Positions 28,279-43,599 of a stretch of DNA of 64,000 nt are shown piece by piece. Position numbers and translations under genes: made by a program. Where the stretch lies: contig OX597815.1 in assembly GCA_951406725.2 (NCBI GenBank), positions 26,350,001 through 26,414,000 on the forward strand. The letters run 5' to 3'. Under the pieces are notes generated by a model. That model saw only the letters and a list, made by a program, of their open reading frames with translations, ran no database searches and had not been told where the DNA came from. This DNA is from Octopus vulgaris (lineage: Eukaryota). How positions within the stretch are numbered: the first letter of the stretch is position 1; every line of letters begins with the position of its first letter.

Positions 28279-29351
28279 ATCTGTGTATCTGTGCGTCTGG
28301 AGAGACGAAAGAGAAGAATGTAGAAACAAATACATTCCACAGTTTCAGTAAAAACATATTGATTTAAATACATGAGCATGTACCTGGATACTAATTTACA
28401 CGTACATACTCATATACATAAGTTTCCCCCAATACACTGACGCACATACATGCTCAAACATATAGTTTCACACATACACACACATACATATTCACAGGTG
28501 TTTCATTCAAATCTATGTGCAAATCTTGTGAATTGACACAAATATTGATGTATGTCTAGGTATGTTTGTATATATGTACTTACCTGTGTGTATGTGTAAG
28601 CCAATATAAACATATTGTGTTCAAGGTCTTTTGTTTCGGCACAAACCGTGATAATGGTTTGTTTTGTATTTAAAAGAAGTAAAACAAAATAGCAATAAAC
28701 AAAAGTTAAACAAATTGTGATAAAATAATAAAATAATAAAATCTAGCAAATTAGCGAGACTGTCAACTAAAACCAGTGTCCCAAATCCTTGGTCAGTGAC
28801 CATCAAATGGTTTTGTTCACTTCCTGAAGCATAAAAGAAATGTTATCATTAACTGAATCGAAAGAGAAGTTGAACAAAATGCCAAACCGTATTTGTTCAG
28901 ATTCTTTACATCCTTGGTTCAAATTTCGTCAACAGCAACTCTGATTTTCATCCTTCCAATGTAGGTCGTGTAAAGCATCAGTCAAGTACTGAGATCGATA
29001 ATATCGACTGTTCTTGTCCCCACCAGATTTGGAGCAATGTATCATAGTTAGAACTTATTTAGCTTCTGTATATTTTGAAACATAAAATTCTCTTGTGTTG
29101 TTTACTGGGGTGGATGGCAGTAATGGTAGAATGCGGGGCGAAATGCTCCGTAGTTTTTGGCTATATTATTTGAAAATTCAAGGCAACCCCGGAGCTACAA
29201 AATATAAACAAATGCCTTACAAGTTTCTTTTACAATCTATGAAGTATAATATTAGTAGCACGCTAGGGTCGACTGAATCACCTGTAGCCCTCCCTTTTCT
29301 TCAACAGTTGGTTTCGTTCATGAGCAATATACATTTATTGCTTGAATAAAA

Positions 29352-29545
29352 GGTGGTGAGCTGTCAGAATAACTAGACCGCCGGAAAAATGCTTTGCAGC
29401 ATTTCTTCGTGCTCTTTACGTCCTGAGTTCAAATCCCACATACGTTAACGTTGCTTCTCAGTCAAGTCCTGGGGTTATTGTAATCGAGTGACCACCCCAA
29501 TCCCCTGAAATTGCTGGCCTCGTGCCAAAATTTGAGACCATTATT
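29352..29545 (+). mobile_element. Degraded short SINE (further decayed copies ~28830-29330)
   Basis: ggtggtgagctgtcagaa...aaatgctt...tttacgtcctgagttcaaatcc. Confidence 0.6.
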
Positions 29546-30469
29546 GTTTAAATAAAGTTCCCAAAAATGAAGAGAGTTAATCTCTGAATAAGTACTTTAG
29601 TTCCAATACACTGACTCCGGTATTCTAAAGAAGCTGTACCGACCCTGCCTTGACATACCAGAGGATGTTCACATAGTACCAGTAATATAGTGTAAGCGAT
29701 TCATATTCTCTCTATCATATCTCAGTAAAATATGTTTCCTGGCCTGTATTGTAAGAGATATTTTGTTCCGCATCTTTACAAGCTGCATTCAAGTCTTTGA
29801 GGTTGACTTTACCTTCTCATACTTTCTCTGTCAATAAAATAAAGTACATGTCAAATACTTAAATTTGTCGCTTTATACCCTAGTAAGAAACTATTATTGT
29901 TAAAAAGAGGGTGCATCAATAACGTAGTCAATGGGGCATCGACAGAGGGCAATCCACCCGGAGAGACGCTTTTATAGAAGCAGCACTTTTGGATCTACAG
30001 TATAAGGACTCGGAAGCCCGGTGAACGACAAGCTCAAGGTCTGTCCCGGACGACACACACACACTGTAGGTACACCGCTGCAATCTATCTTAAAGAATAT
30101 TTTAGTCCTATGTTCCGGTATATTCATCTCACAAACATTCTGTTTTTTTTTTATAGAATTTAGACTCATTTATCTGTACTTTCTACTGAGGCGAGAAATT
30201 GCAAACCAATGCAGAAAAAAATCAAAGGCAACAAATGTTGTATATTTTTTTGTTTTTATATATATCATATATATATATTATTCATTGCAACGAAAAAAAA
30301 CTTGCAAAATCAAATTGGTTAAAGAATGTTCTTTCTGAGACTAGTTGTATGAATTACACACTGAGAAACCGAGTAACAGATAATTTGTATTGCTATATTA
30401 TTAAGGGTTAAGCAGAGTAGAGTGATGGAATATATAAACTCTAGATATTGTCCTTCATATTCTAATTTC

Positions 30470-31005
30470 ATCAGTATTGTTAATTCAAGGAATACTGTAA
30501 GCGATTCCTGTACTTGATTTAACGAGTACACGGTATGGTTCTTCATCGATACTCCTGACTCAAAGTATATCTGGAGTTGTTCTTTACCAAAAGTTTGCGA
30601 GTATTTTGAGTTATTCCTTATCAGTACTCATGCTTAAATGAGTGTTTCGGATGATTCCATAACAGAATTGTTGATGTAACGAGTAGTCTATTTGGATCCA
30701 AATCAGCGCATGATTTAGCAAGAACATGGAATGAGACTTTATCAACACAATTGATAGGACATGTGTTTTGAGTGATTCGTTAAGGACACTCGATCTGGAG
30801 AGTACCTTATGTGATTCGTTAACACCACTGTTGAAAGAACTCCGAGTGATTTCTCAACACTGTTGATATAATGAATACCTAGTGTGACTCCTTTTCATTG
30901 CTGTTGATCTAACGATTTCACGGAGTGATCAATTCTTAGTACTATTGATCTAACGAGTACTTGGCGTGATTTCTTATTAATAATATTGATTAGATGTGTA
31001 TCTCG
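30470..31005. repeat. Highly diverged ~41-43 bp minisatellite
   Basis: Recurring unit approx. gtactgttgatctaacgagtacttggagtgattccttatca (e.g. 30670, 30860, 30901, 30940). Confidence 0.65.
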
Positions 31006-32087
31006 AATATTTATTCACCTTGAAACTCCGAGATCTTTCTCTTTTTTTGTGGGAAAAATTATGATAGACCAGCGATCTATCTAGTAACAGGTATTTCTCT
31101 CAACTAACTAAATGCTAAGAAAACTACAAAGACCCGAAGGAGATCATAGCGATCCACGGGAGGAATGGAGTCATGTTGTGATTTGGTGAAATGACCTGTG
31201 AGATTTTGTTGCAGTTAGTAGTGAATCACACTACACTTTTCTAACTTATTGCTGATGTTTAGCCTCAGGTCAGCTCTAATTGAGATCTATGATCGAGGAC
31301 ATGACAGTTTGCGGGAGAGGAGGCTGCATCAATACTCGGCTGTATACACGTCAGTTGAGTTAACTGGGAAACACGAAATGAATCGCTTTTCTCAAGGGCA
31401 CAAAGCACTACCGTTGTGATTGTAAGCCCAAAGATCCAGAAAAAAAAATACTCTAAGATATTTTATCCGATTCTCTAACTGTTCTCTCTATCCATTCCCC
31501 TAAAAATAATTGCTTATATCATAGACAGAAATTTGAGGGAGGAGTTAGCCGTTACCATCAACCGCACTAATTTAGCGGTACTTTATTTTTAACCACTGCA
31601 AAAGGAAAGCAGCCAAATTTGATCTTGGCGGGATTTAAACTTAGAACGTATAACAATAACAACAGCAGCAGCAACGATAACAACATTGACAACAGCTTTC
31701 TCAAGCTCATTGATGTTATCGTGATACACACTTCACAGTTCCATATGATATTAATAGCGATAGGTGATATTTATAGTGCTATTTGATATGAGAAACGTGT
31801 ACTTTTGAAGGATGTACATATAGACTTACATACAATTACACATATAAACATACTATATATATATATATATATATATATGCCTCTGTGAGTTGGATCTGTA
31901 AGCGTGTATATGTATATTTGCATGTGTGTATGTGCCTTTGTGTTGGTATTATTGTTTTATCACCTGACATCAAGAGTTTATTTTACATCCCTGTAACTTT
32001 GAAGTTTGGCAAAACAAAAAATTTAATGGGCACTAGACATAAAAACGAATAGAGGGGCAAGGATAGAAGAGCGTATGTATTCTGTCA

Positions 32088-32765
<678 letters not shown>

Positions 32766-32795
32766 ACGTATATGTTTTATATATGTATATATGTA

Positions 32796-32869
<74 letters not shown>

Positions 32870-33680
32870 TATGTATGTATAGATGCACATGTATACACAT
32901 ACATAGACACACATAATTTATAGGTTTTATTCTTTTACGTATTAGGAACCCCTTTTCTTTAAAACATAGATTGAAATACTTCATCTTTTGTTTAGGAGTT
33001 TTCTCTAATTTCCTTGTAAGTTATTTTATAATTTGCTTTGAACCAATGAATTTATTAGGACCATAGCGTTTCTTGATCTTCACATCGATATCATCTGGAT
33101 GAAGTACTTGCGGGTGGCTTTGTGACACAACCATTTTTTTTACTCGGGCGACAATAGAATTGATTCTTCGTTAGTGTTGACAGTACCGGTAGATTTGAGC
33201 TTTTGAACATTGACTAAACTAGTACATTGGTCAAAGAACCAAACGGCTCAATATGCATTTACATCAGAGAAAAACCGCAGTGAAGTATTTTACAGTATGC
33301 ATAACAAATATCTGCTGATAAAGCATAGAGAATTCCTTGCAAAACAAATCGATTGCTGATGGGAATAGTACTAATCGCATAGCAATGTGTATAGCAACAA
33401 AGGTAACTTACTGTTGTCACACGAAAACATTAATTACACACTAACATATAGTGAAAAGGGAATTAAAAAAAAAAAGGATAATGGCCAACGGTTGAATATC
33501 GAAATCCATTGATAATATCACCTCTAAGAAAACACCAATGTCATTGTCATTGTGTCTATGAAATATCAGGTGCATATCCTAGTTGCTTCAGACCGTGAAG
33601 GTTAATGGAATAAACAAACATTAAATAGATCTCAAGGGAAATATGAATAATAGGACTTTAAAAAGAGAGTAATTATGTGT

Positions 33681-33740
<60 letters not shown>

Positions 33741-33887
33741 CATACATATATATATACATATGTATATACATGCATATACATATACTTACATACATATATA
33801 TACATACGTATATATATAAATACATATATATATATATACATATGATGATATATATGTGTATATATATATATAAATATATACATATGC

Positions 33888-33970
<83 letters not shown>

Positions 33971-35885
33971 TGTATGTATTATGAAGTCAGGTTTCATGCA
34001 TCATGAAATTTTCTATTTGTAACATACATATTTCAATGCCACGAAATGCGTTTTACAAATTAAAGTTACAAATGACCAAAAACTTGAGAAGCAAAGTATC
34101 TTTGATCAATCTTCGAATAAAGCTGCTCTTCTTTGATTGATAGGACTTGAATTTCCAGCTTTCTTCTTTTCTAAGGAAAATTTCCGTTTTACTCATGCTT
34201 ATATATAATTTGCATAAGTCATTCTAAAACAATATATGTTGAACTGAAGTTGACTGGATGATATTCAGTTGAAGGTTGAGCTTTTTCTATGACTCATTTA
34301 TATGCTCGAGCATACATCTGGTCCATTTATGGGCTACACAAAAATGCGATTCATCTAAATGCATATGGATGCTCTTTACTATTTTGGTAACATACAAATA
34401 TATTCTCCTTGTCTTCTACATTCATTCATTCATACATTCATTTATTCATATATACATGTTCTCGTGCCAGAGATCAACCACTTCTTGGAAAGTTTCTAAT
34501 TTCTTGGATCTTTCCGTGGAATTCTGGGAATAGTAGATAACTGTCACCGCGTGGTTACTTGCTAGATCCAGATTGAGGCATGCTTTATCTAGAACACCTT
34601 TTCTAAGTCCTTTCCAACTATCAGGCGAGCAGTGCTATTGCTAGAGGAGAATGCTCAGCAACTTGAGGTGTTGCTGAATCTCCCCACTACCATAGTTTGA
34701 GAATAAAAGATCGACCGATATCTGAAGACACCAACATGCAGGTTTGTAATTACATCATTCCAACAGGCCAAACTTGTCTGTTCCGCAATTACCCGTAGGA
34801 CTTATTTCCATAGAGCGTTTTCCAGGAATTTCTTATTTATGAAATTGATTGTAGTGATTGAAGCTTGCACAAAATTGCACACATTTCCCCCTTGGTTACC
34901 TATTACTGTCTGAGGTATTCTGAAGCTTAAAATTCCTTGGGTGTTACATCAAAATACCCTTCTCCTATACAGATGTTCTAACATCTATCACTTCTTGAGT
35001 AGTCTGATTAATTTCAGTCACTATTACTGCACCCATTGATCGATTATTCACGTCTTTACTACAGAGAAAGACTAGTAGCTCATAGCGATTTATAAAATGC
35101 GCAAACTTTGGCAAACCTAAACTTATCTAGCTAAATTGCATAAAAATATAAGCATTGGTAACGGAACAGTTCAAGTAAGAGCTAATGTGTTATATGCTTC
35201 ACGCAAGTTTAAAGGTTTCAGAAGGAAAATATATGTTCAAAACATCACAACAGAAATTCTTATACAACCACCAAACTTTATCGTTCATTAAGTACACATC
35301 TATATTAAGACAATGTTACGTGATGCCTTTCTATATCATACCTGCTGAGAGGGAAGATATATCAGGTATAACTATGGATTATGACAGTTTACATAAGAAG
35401 CGATGTCTTCGTTACAGGTATGTCCTTCTTAAACGTGAACGCCAGTTAGAAAATATAATGTCAATCCAAAACCCAAGCGGCATTAACTAAAAGAGATGTC
35501 TTAATCCTAATATTCTGCTCAACACAACACTCCCGATAATTGTTGATTAAAATTATGATAAAAATAATAACAAAAAGACCCCGTACTAACACAGGCTAAT
35601 TTCGCATACACACACATGCATACATACACACGCATGGATACCCCAGAGAAAGTGCTAGTTTATAAGTGAGGCGCCTGAAGATGAAGAAACTTTTTGAGAT
35701 CATGAAATGACGATGAAATGGACCTAGGAATATGTCCATACACACACACAGACACACATGTATATATATATATATATATATATATATTAGTAAAAACGGT
35801 AAGTTAAACAAAAGAAAGAAAGAGACCTCAATATTATGTAAATAGAAGAAATTTATCTGTAAAATAATATGTGACAAATATTTGG

Positions 35886-35959
35886 TAGCCAAGATAAAAC
35901 TTTGAGTTTCGGATGCCGAGGTGGAAATCCACACTACCATCTCTTTGGTTATCTGGCCA
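35886..35959 (-). ncRNA. Hammerhead-like motif with decayed core in element ~35790-35960
   Basis: Minus strand TGGCCAGATAA-CCAAAGA-GATG..GTGGA TTT CCAC..CATC-C-GAAAC TCAAA GTT-TTATCTTGGCTA; stem I about 11 bp. Confidence 0.55.
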
Positions 35960-36224
35960 TATACACACACATAAACCTATAAGCATATATTTTCGTTTGT
36001 ATGAGTTTCTGAGTACATATGCGTGTGTATATACGCGTATGCATTTTATAAGCATAACGTAAACACACACACGTATTCATATACATACACACTTACGAAG
36101 ACAATTGCACACATCTACACACTTAGACACTTTCACAGTGAGCGACCCATGCAACAAAACTGCGTCCAGGATCCCAATGGATTTAATTTCATTTTGTGTG
36201 AGTCACTGAAGGAGTTTGTAAATC

Positions 36225-36410
36225 GCTGTTGAACCTGTTTGACAAATCTCCCTCGGATCACGCCGTACCGTCTTAAAAAAGACAAACCACACTGGATAAT
36301 TGAGCCGTAGAAGTATCACGTCTGAAAGAAAAGGACTTGTCCGTCATAGTCGGAACGGGTCTGCTCATCAGGGCGGACCAAGAACTAAACAGCAGCAACA
36401 ACGACAAGGC
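36225..36410 (+). mobile_element. Interspersed repeat (SINE-like 3' part, CAA tail)
   Basis: caaatctccctc..atcac..taccgtcttaaaaaa...ggtctgctc..tcagggc..acc..ctaaac; related copies at ~5850-6030, 10600-10725 and 50860-51030. Confidence 0.5.
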
Positions 36411-36736
36411 CACAAACAAAGACGATTACAAATCTACCGAGAAAAGGATTTTCTTCGTGGTTGTAGTTGCAGTTATGGCTATCTCCATTAATTCATCCCT
36501 GATGAGCCCTATTCAATCAGGCTCATAAATCGAAACAAGTAGACAGTAATCGAACTTTCTGTTTAGCCAATGAGATAGATCCTCCATTCTCAAGGTATTA
36601 GGACGACTAGAGACGCCCAAGTATTTCCCGCTTTGTTTGATATTCCCTATTATATTGATTAATTAAACATTTCAGGCAACTCAAATCTAATTATTTCGTG
36701 TTCATCCATGTATAATAAGATATATATTTATCTGTA

Positions 36737-36767
<31 letters not shown>

Positions 36768-36969
36768 CGCAGATACATAAAGATTGATAAATAAAGTAAA
36801 CCTCAGTGTGTACACACATATAAAAATGTAACATCGTATGTCTGTCTAGCACACATTAAGTGTTTGCGTGTGTGATCATATACATACATGTTTGTGTGTG
36901 TATATATATATATATATACTCACGTGTATGTATGTTTGCGTATATGTATACATGTGTGTCTATACATAC

Positions 36970-37021
<52 letters not shown>

Positions 37022-37162
37022 GTATGTATATATATATATGTATATACATAGATATACATACATACAGAGAGACAGATGAGCATATAGGTGAGGAAGAGGG
37101 GCAAAAAGGCAGGGATTTAAACAGATATATATTTGCACGGCAACATATATATATATATATAT

Positions 37163-37248
<86 letters not shown>

Positions 37249-37436
37249 TCATAGATGTATATATACATATTGATATACATATATTCAATAAACACATATA
37301 CACAAACGTGTCTCACAAGTGATTTTCTTTCATATTATGCGCAAAATCAAACCAGTACAAATTAACACTGTGGTATACGTTATTATTAGTAATATAATTA
37401 TGATTTTTGCAATATTTAGAAGCAGTAGCAAGATTG

Positions 37437-37505
<69 letters not shown>

Positions 37506-37608
37506 CAAATGCGTATATTGGTATTTTTGTATGTAAATATTTAATATTTGAATAATACATATATTTAGGTAAACACACGCACACAAGATGCACACACACA
37601 TACTCATA

Positions 37609-37660
<52 letters not shown>

Positions 37661-37700
37661 TATATGTGTGTGTGTGCATATGTGTACATATTTAATTATG

Positions 37701-37765
<65 letters not shown>

Positions 37766-38406
37766 GTAAATATATATATATATATATTTACATACACACG
37801 TACACACACAAACACACACATATACCCACTAATTCTTATAAAGTACACATTACACGCGTATAAGCACGCGCTTCTTAATGAATATGTGAGGAATTGTACC
37901 ATAAATCTATTTTTGTGAATAATTTGGTTGTTATATATGTGTGTGCGTGTTTGTGTATACACATAGGCGCACATATGACTACACATGTGCATATATATAT
38001 ATATATATCTACACATACATTTATGTATATGTGTGTGTGTGCCAAAATCTTGAATTGTTTTCTTATTAGATGTATAATATAGCATGAAATGAGCCATTAC
38101 TTCAATTTATAAGAGATTTTATACTTCTAATCTTTACAAACATACAAATACAACTTCCGGTGAATGAACTAATCCGGAAGTGGACAAACGTTCCTGCTTT
38201 CCGACTCCTGGCAACCATCAGCATCATCATCATCATTATAAATAACCTCAACAGTAATATTATGACATCAACCACCACCGCCACCATCACTGCAGCAGCA
38301 GCAGCTGATATTATAACTATTACTAACACCATTAATTGAGGCTGCTAATACTGCTACTACAACTGACGTTACAAATATTACTATAACTGTTGCCGCCATC
38401 ACGATA

Positions 38407-38472
<66 letters not shown>

Positions 38473-38569
38473 GCTACTACTACTACTACTACTACTGGAA
38501 ATTGGAAAGTGAGACAGTATGACATTCCTGTATTATTTTCTCAATTCTGTTTGTGGCCTACGATGCACG

Positions 38570-38638
<69 letters not shown>

Positions 38639-38993
38639 CACTTCCGCATTTTCACCTGTACTTATTCTAATTGCGCGCGCACGTACACACATACTGAAAG
38701 ACATATATTTACAATTTGCACATACATTATATAATCGGTCACATATGCATGAATACTATTCACTATTATATATATTTTGCATTTATTTAGTACACATATA
38801 GACACACAACAAACATGTACGCGTATATATATAATATAATATAACATAATATAATATAATATAATATATATATATATAATATGTATATATATACACATAT
38901 GTATATATATATATTTATATATAAACATAAATATGTTTACATGTATATATATATAAATATACATATATACATGTATATATGTATACATATATG

Positions 38994-39027
<34 letters not shown>

Positions 39028-39076
39028 CATACATATATATATATACACACACATATATATATATATATACATACAC

Positions 39077-39138
<62 letters not shown>

Positions 39139-39353
39139 TTGCGTGTGTGGTGTACGTGTGTATTTGTGAGACTTTTATTGCGTTGCGTTACTTGGGATAG
39201 CATATTTCTATTCGCAGTTAACACTGTGTAGGACCTTCTACCAAATATATATTTATGAAATCCATTCTATGAAATTTAACGACAGAGTTGCCAACGTTAA
39301 ACAGAAATATAAAACACACCAACCATCTGTGTGTCTGCGTGTGTGTGTGTGTG

Positions 39354-39419
<66 letters not shown>

Positions 39420-40012
39420 CTTCTCGGAGGATATCGTATGAATAAACGGTATCTCTATGGTTTCTATGCGTGCGTGTACCTGTATAAGATATGGGCATGG
39501 ATGTGCTTCTGTGAGCATGTTTAGTACGAACGTGTCCAGTAATGGTGACTTTCCAATATGTCGATATTACAGACGCGTTAGAAATTGGACGTTTGAACCT
39601 GATGACACATCTCATTGTTGATGCTGGTGACCAGAGCAAAGAGCACAAGAAAATTTCTTTGAAAAAAAAAAAAAAAGAGAAAAAAAAATGCTTTGAATGA
39701 TCACGTGTCTGCAACAGTTTGCACCAACGAAGCTGCACCGACCAGGCTGCACCAACCAAGCAGCATAGTCTAACCATCAGCATTCACTCGTAAACCAATC
39801 AACCACAATATAATAATGAAAAAAAAAGGCTGACGCTGTTTGACATAGGCTCTGCTGTCTGTACGGATGCTCATTCTTATTTTCTCTTTATCACTCTCAT
39901 TTTATCCTCTCTTTCAATCACTTTCTTCACCCCACTCTCTCTCTCTCTCTGTCTTTCTCTCTCGTTCACTCTTTTACTACTCCTCCCTTCTTTTTCTCTT
40001 TCTCTCTCCCTT

Positions 40013-40061
<49 letters not shown>

Positions 40062-40262
40062 TGTCTGTCTCTTCTATCCCCCGCCATACGCGGACACACC
40101 ACGTACGTACACTCGTTCTTTACAAGAATTTCAAATATATACATACACACACACGCGCACACACGCACACACACACACACGCACACACACACACATAATA
40201 TTAGGAAGTATTATAGTGGTTTTTCTCTAATTTATATATTAAACACACACACACACACACAC

Positions 40263-40332
<70 letters not shown>

Positions 40333-40527
40333 ACACACACATGCGCGTACACGCACACGCACACACGTATTTGCTTACACATATATGCACACAGTTTAAT
40401 ATACATATATAGGTAATGTAAGGTAGATTTGAACGGGGAACAACTTTATCAACGTGTATGTGTGTGTATGTAAACACATACACATTGACACACACACACA
40501 GAGAGAGAGATATATATATACATATAT

Positions 40528-40841
<314 letters not shown>

Positions 40842-41151
40842 ATTCTTCCCCTTTGATTTATGTTGTCTTTCTTCTAATCGTCCTTTCTTCTTTCATTTCT
40901 AATCTTTCTTCCTTCGTTCTTCTCCACTTCCATTTTCTATTCCTCCCTACAATTTATCTCTCTATATTTTATCTTCCTTCAGCTTTGCTACTTTCTACCT
41001 TTCTTACGCAATTCGTTTCGTCTTTTCTATTTTGCTCTATTTTTTTCTTTCGTAAATCATTGCATACCTTCCTTCATTAATTCTTTCCTTTTCTCATTCT
41101 TTCAATCAGTTATCCGGTCATTCTTTCTTTTAACTTTTTGTCGCTTTCTCC

Positions 41152-41200
<49 letters not shown>

Positions 41201-41448
41201 CCCCTCCCTCCGATTATCTACACATACATGCACATACACGCACATACACGCACACATACACATTGCCTTGGTACAAGGTAACAGTTTTGTTTGGAAGCAA
41301 TATAACTGATTGAATCGATCCAGGTACATTCCTGGTCTCCAACACAATTTACTGGAGGGGAATGATGAAAGTTGATGTGGCTTTAACAGAACGTAACCCA
41401 TGTGTGCCATTCACAGATACATACATATATATGTAGAGAAGTGTGTGT

Positions 41449-41519
<71 letters not shown>

Positions 41520-41520
<1 letters not shown>

Positions 41521-41662
41521 TAGCTGTATGGTTAGAAGCTTGCTTTCCAGCCACATGGTTCCGGGTTCAGTTCCACTGAGTGACAATTTGACCAAGTGTC
41601 TTGTACAATAGCCTCGGGCTGGCCAAAGTCTTGTGAGTGGATTTGGTAGACGAAAACTAAAA

Positions 41663-41663
<1 letters not shown>
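41520..41663 (+). mobile_element. Composite SINE 5' half
   Basis: agaagcttgctttccagccacatggttccgggttcagttccactg...gtgagtggatttggtagacg. Confidence 0.75.
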
Positions 41664-41709
<46 letters not shown>

Positions 41710-41760
41710 ATTGTAAGATCCAGGGATCGAGGTGTAGGAAGAAAGTTAGCTTCGAGCAAT

Positions 41761-41890
41761 CTGTAGTGATTATAAAAAAAACTTTCAGGCACAATAATGG
41801 CTTATTGAGACGGAAGGTTGCAGATCTGCAACCTTCCGTCTCAATAAGCTATTATTGTGCCTGAAAGTTTTTTTTTTATAATCACTACAG
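41761..41890. repeat. Near-perfect spacerless 130-bp palindrome
   Basis: Centre AGATCT at 41822-27. The arms differ by one substitution and by an A8 versus T10 run. Confidence 0.95.
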
Positions 41891-42450
41891 GAACTGTACT
41901 CATTGTAAACTCCTCTTGTAATTTTTACGTTACATTCAGGATTAAAGTTATTTTCAGAGAACTCTTAAAGACCTTTAGCAATACTCATTACAGTGAATCT
42001 AAGTGGAATTTCCGTATTCTCATCTGTATTCCTAACTTGTCTGGTTCTAACGGCACCAGCTCCTTATTAGATAAAATTACTCTCCGGGACACTAGCAATT
42101 CAATCACATCATCTTCTACAGCTTTTCCAAACCCTACATCATTTGAAAACGTCATAATATCTTTCCAAATCTGATGTACACCTTCTGATTTTGGGAAGCT
42201 TGTAAAGTTACGGATTCTATTTGGTCATGTGTTGTTCCAGGCACCATTCAAACCTGCGGGTTTCACTTCAGCAGCTTAATATCATCAGCTTTTATTATGC
42301 TGGACCTTTTCTCGAAGTTTCTGACTGTAGGTTTATTCTCCTAACCACCTACTTTCATAAGTTATTTGAATGTTTCCAGTCTGTATAACCTGAAGTCATC
42401 TATCACAAATTGATCACTTGGCCGGTGCAGAGAAATTGTGTCCAACATCA
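41830..42450 (-). pseudogene. pogo/Tigger transposase remnant
   Basis: DTISLHRPSDQFVIDDFR (NTTSLIQPMDQGVI..FK), VKPAGLNGAWNNT*P...FTSF, VGFGKAVEDDVIELL...LSNKEL. Confidence 0.7.
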
Positions 42451-42927
42451 AATTTTTATTTCATAATCGAATTAACACGAGAGTTGTCAACCTACGATAC
42501 AGAAATTACAAACGTTCGAATGAAGTTTTAAAAATATATGGGACCTATGGTTATTTGTCATTTAGAAGTGTTTGTCTTATCGTGAAATTATGCAAAGACG
42601 TTTTTTAAGTCTTCTAGGTATATTGACTGAGAAAACAAGTAATAAATCAAATAAATTCTCACGAACATCGACTGAAATTGCAAGACGTCTACACAACTCG
42701 TCCGTATATACGTTTATGGACTGCTAACGGTGAAGTCAGTTGCAAAATACATCAGCTAGAGTTCGTAATTTTGTCAGCTTACCTGTATATTATGAATCAA
42801 GCTTTTGAATATGCAGATAAAGCTCCTATTCAATTATGCCGGCCACAGTCTAATGATGTTGACTGGTGAAGCAGTTTTGTGGGGGTTGCATCGAACTATC
42901 CCTCCGTTGTACATCCATTAACGTGAT

Positions 42928-43061
42928 ATCGCCTGAAGAAATGAATTCATGAAGATGATCAACCCGATGCCCACGGATACAATGAAGTACACTGTAATCA
43001 TCCCAGAAATACGGACTGTGATCTTAAGAGACATGTGATTTGTGGAAACGCGCGTAGCGAT
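42928..43061 (+). ncRNA. Type I hammerhead ribozyme with intact core and ~105-nt stem II
   Basis: ATCGC(42928-32) CTGAAGA(42933-39) ... GAAA(43045-48), palindrome ACGCGCGT, GUA, GCGAT(43057-61). Stem I extends via TGAT/ATCA. Stem II pairs CATG/CATG, GATCA/TGATC and CCG/CGG. Confidence 0.8.
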
Positions 43062-43133
43062 GCATCAAATGTTTATAAATTCCATCCAAGGACTATTGTT
43101 ATTATATATATATATACACACACACACACACAG

Positions 43134-43227
<94 letters not shown>

Positions 43228-43308
43228 ATATATATATATAGATATATATATCCATAAGTAGACAATTTTAATTAATATCTATATATATCAGCTCCATTCT
43301 TTCCTATA

Positions 43309-43408
<100 letters not shown>

Positions 43409-43464
43409 ATAGATATATATATATATATATATACATGTATGTATGTATGTATGTGTACACACAC

Positions 43465-43518
<54 letters not shown>

Positions 43519-43599
43519 GAAAAAATAGTACTCGAATACTAGAGGTAGTGTAACATGCTTTATTAAAAAACAGCAAAAATATCACAAAAACTGTTACTC

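Noticed and set aside
30470-31005. CRISPR-like appearance of the periodic repeat
   Set aside because: Eukaryotic context, degenerate contiguous units, no unique spacers and no cas genes.
34600-35060. Possible LTR-retrotransposon integrase remnant (minus strand)
   Set aside because: Only vague motif resemblance; cannot be supported without BLASTX.
35670-35720. CTGAAGATGA...TCATGAAA motif
   Set aside because: Stem II would consume core A9, and no stem I or III is found.
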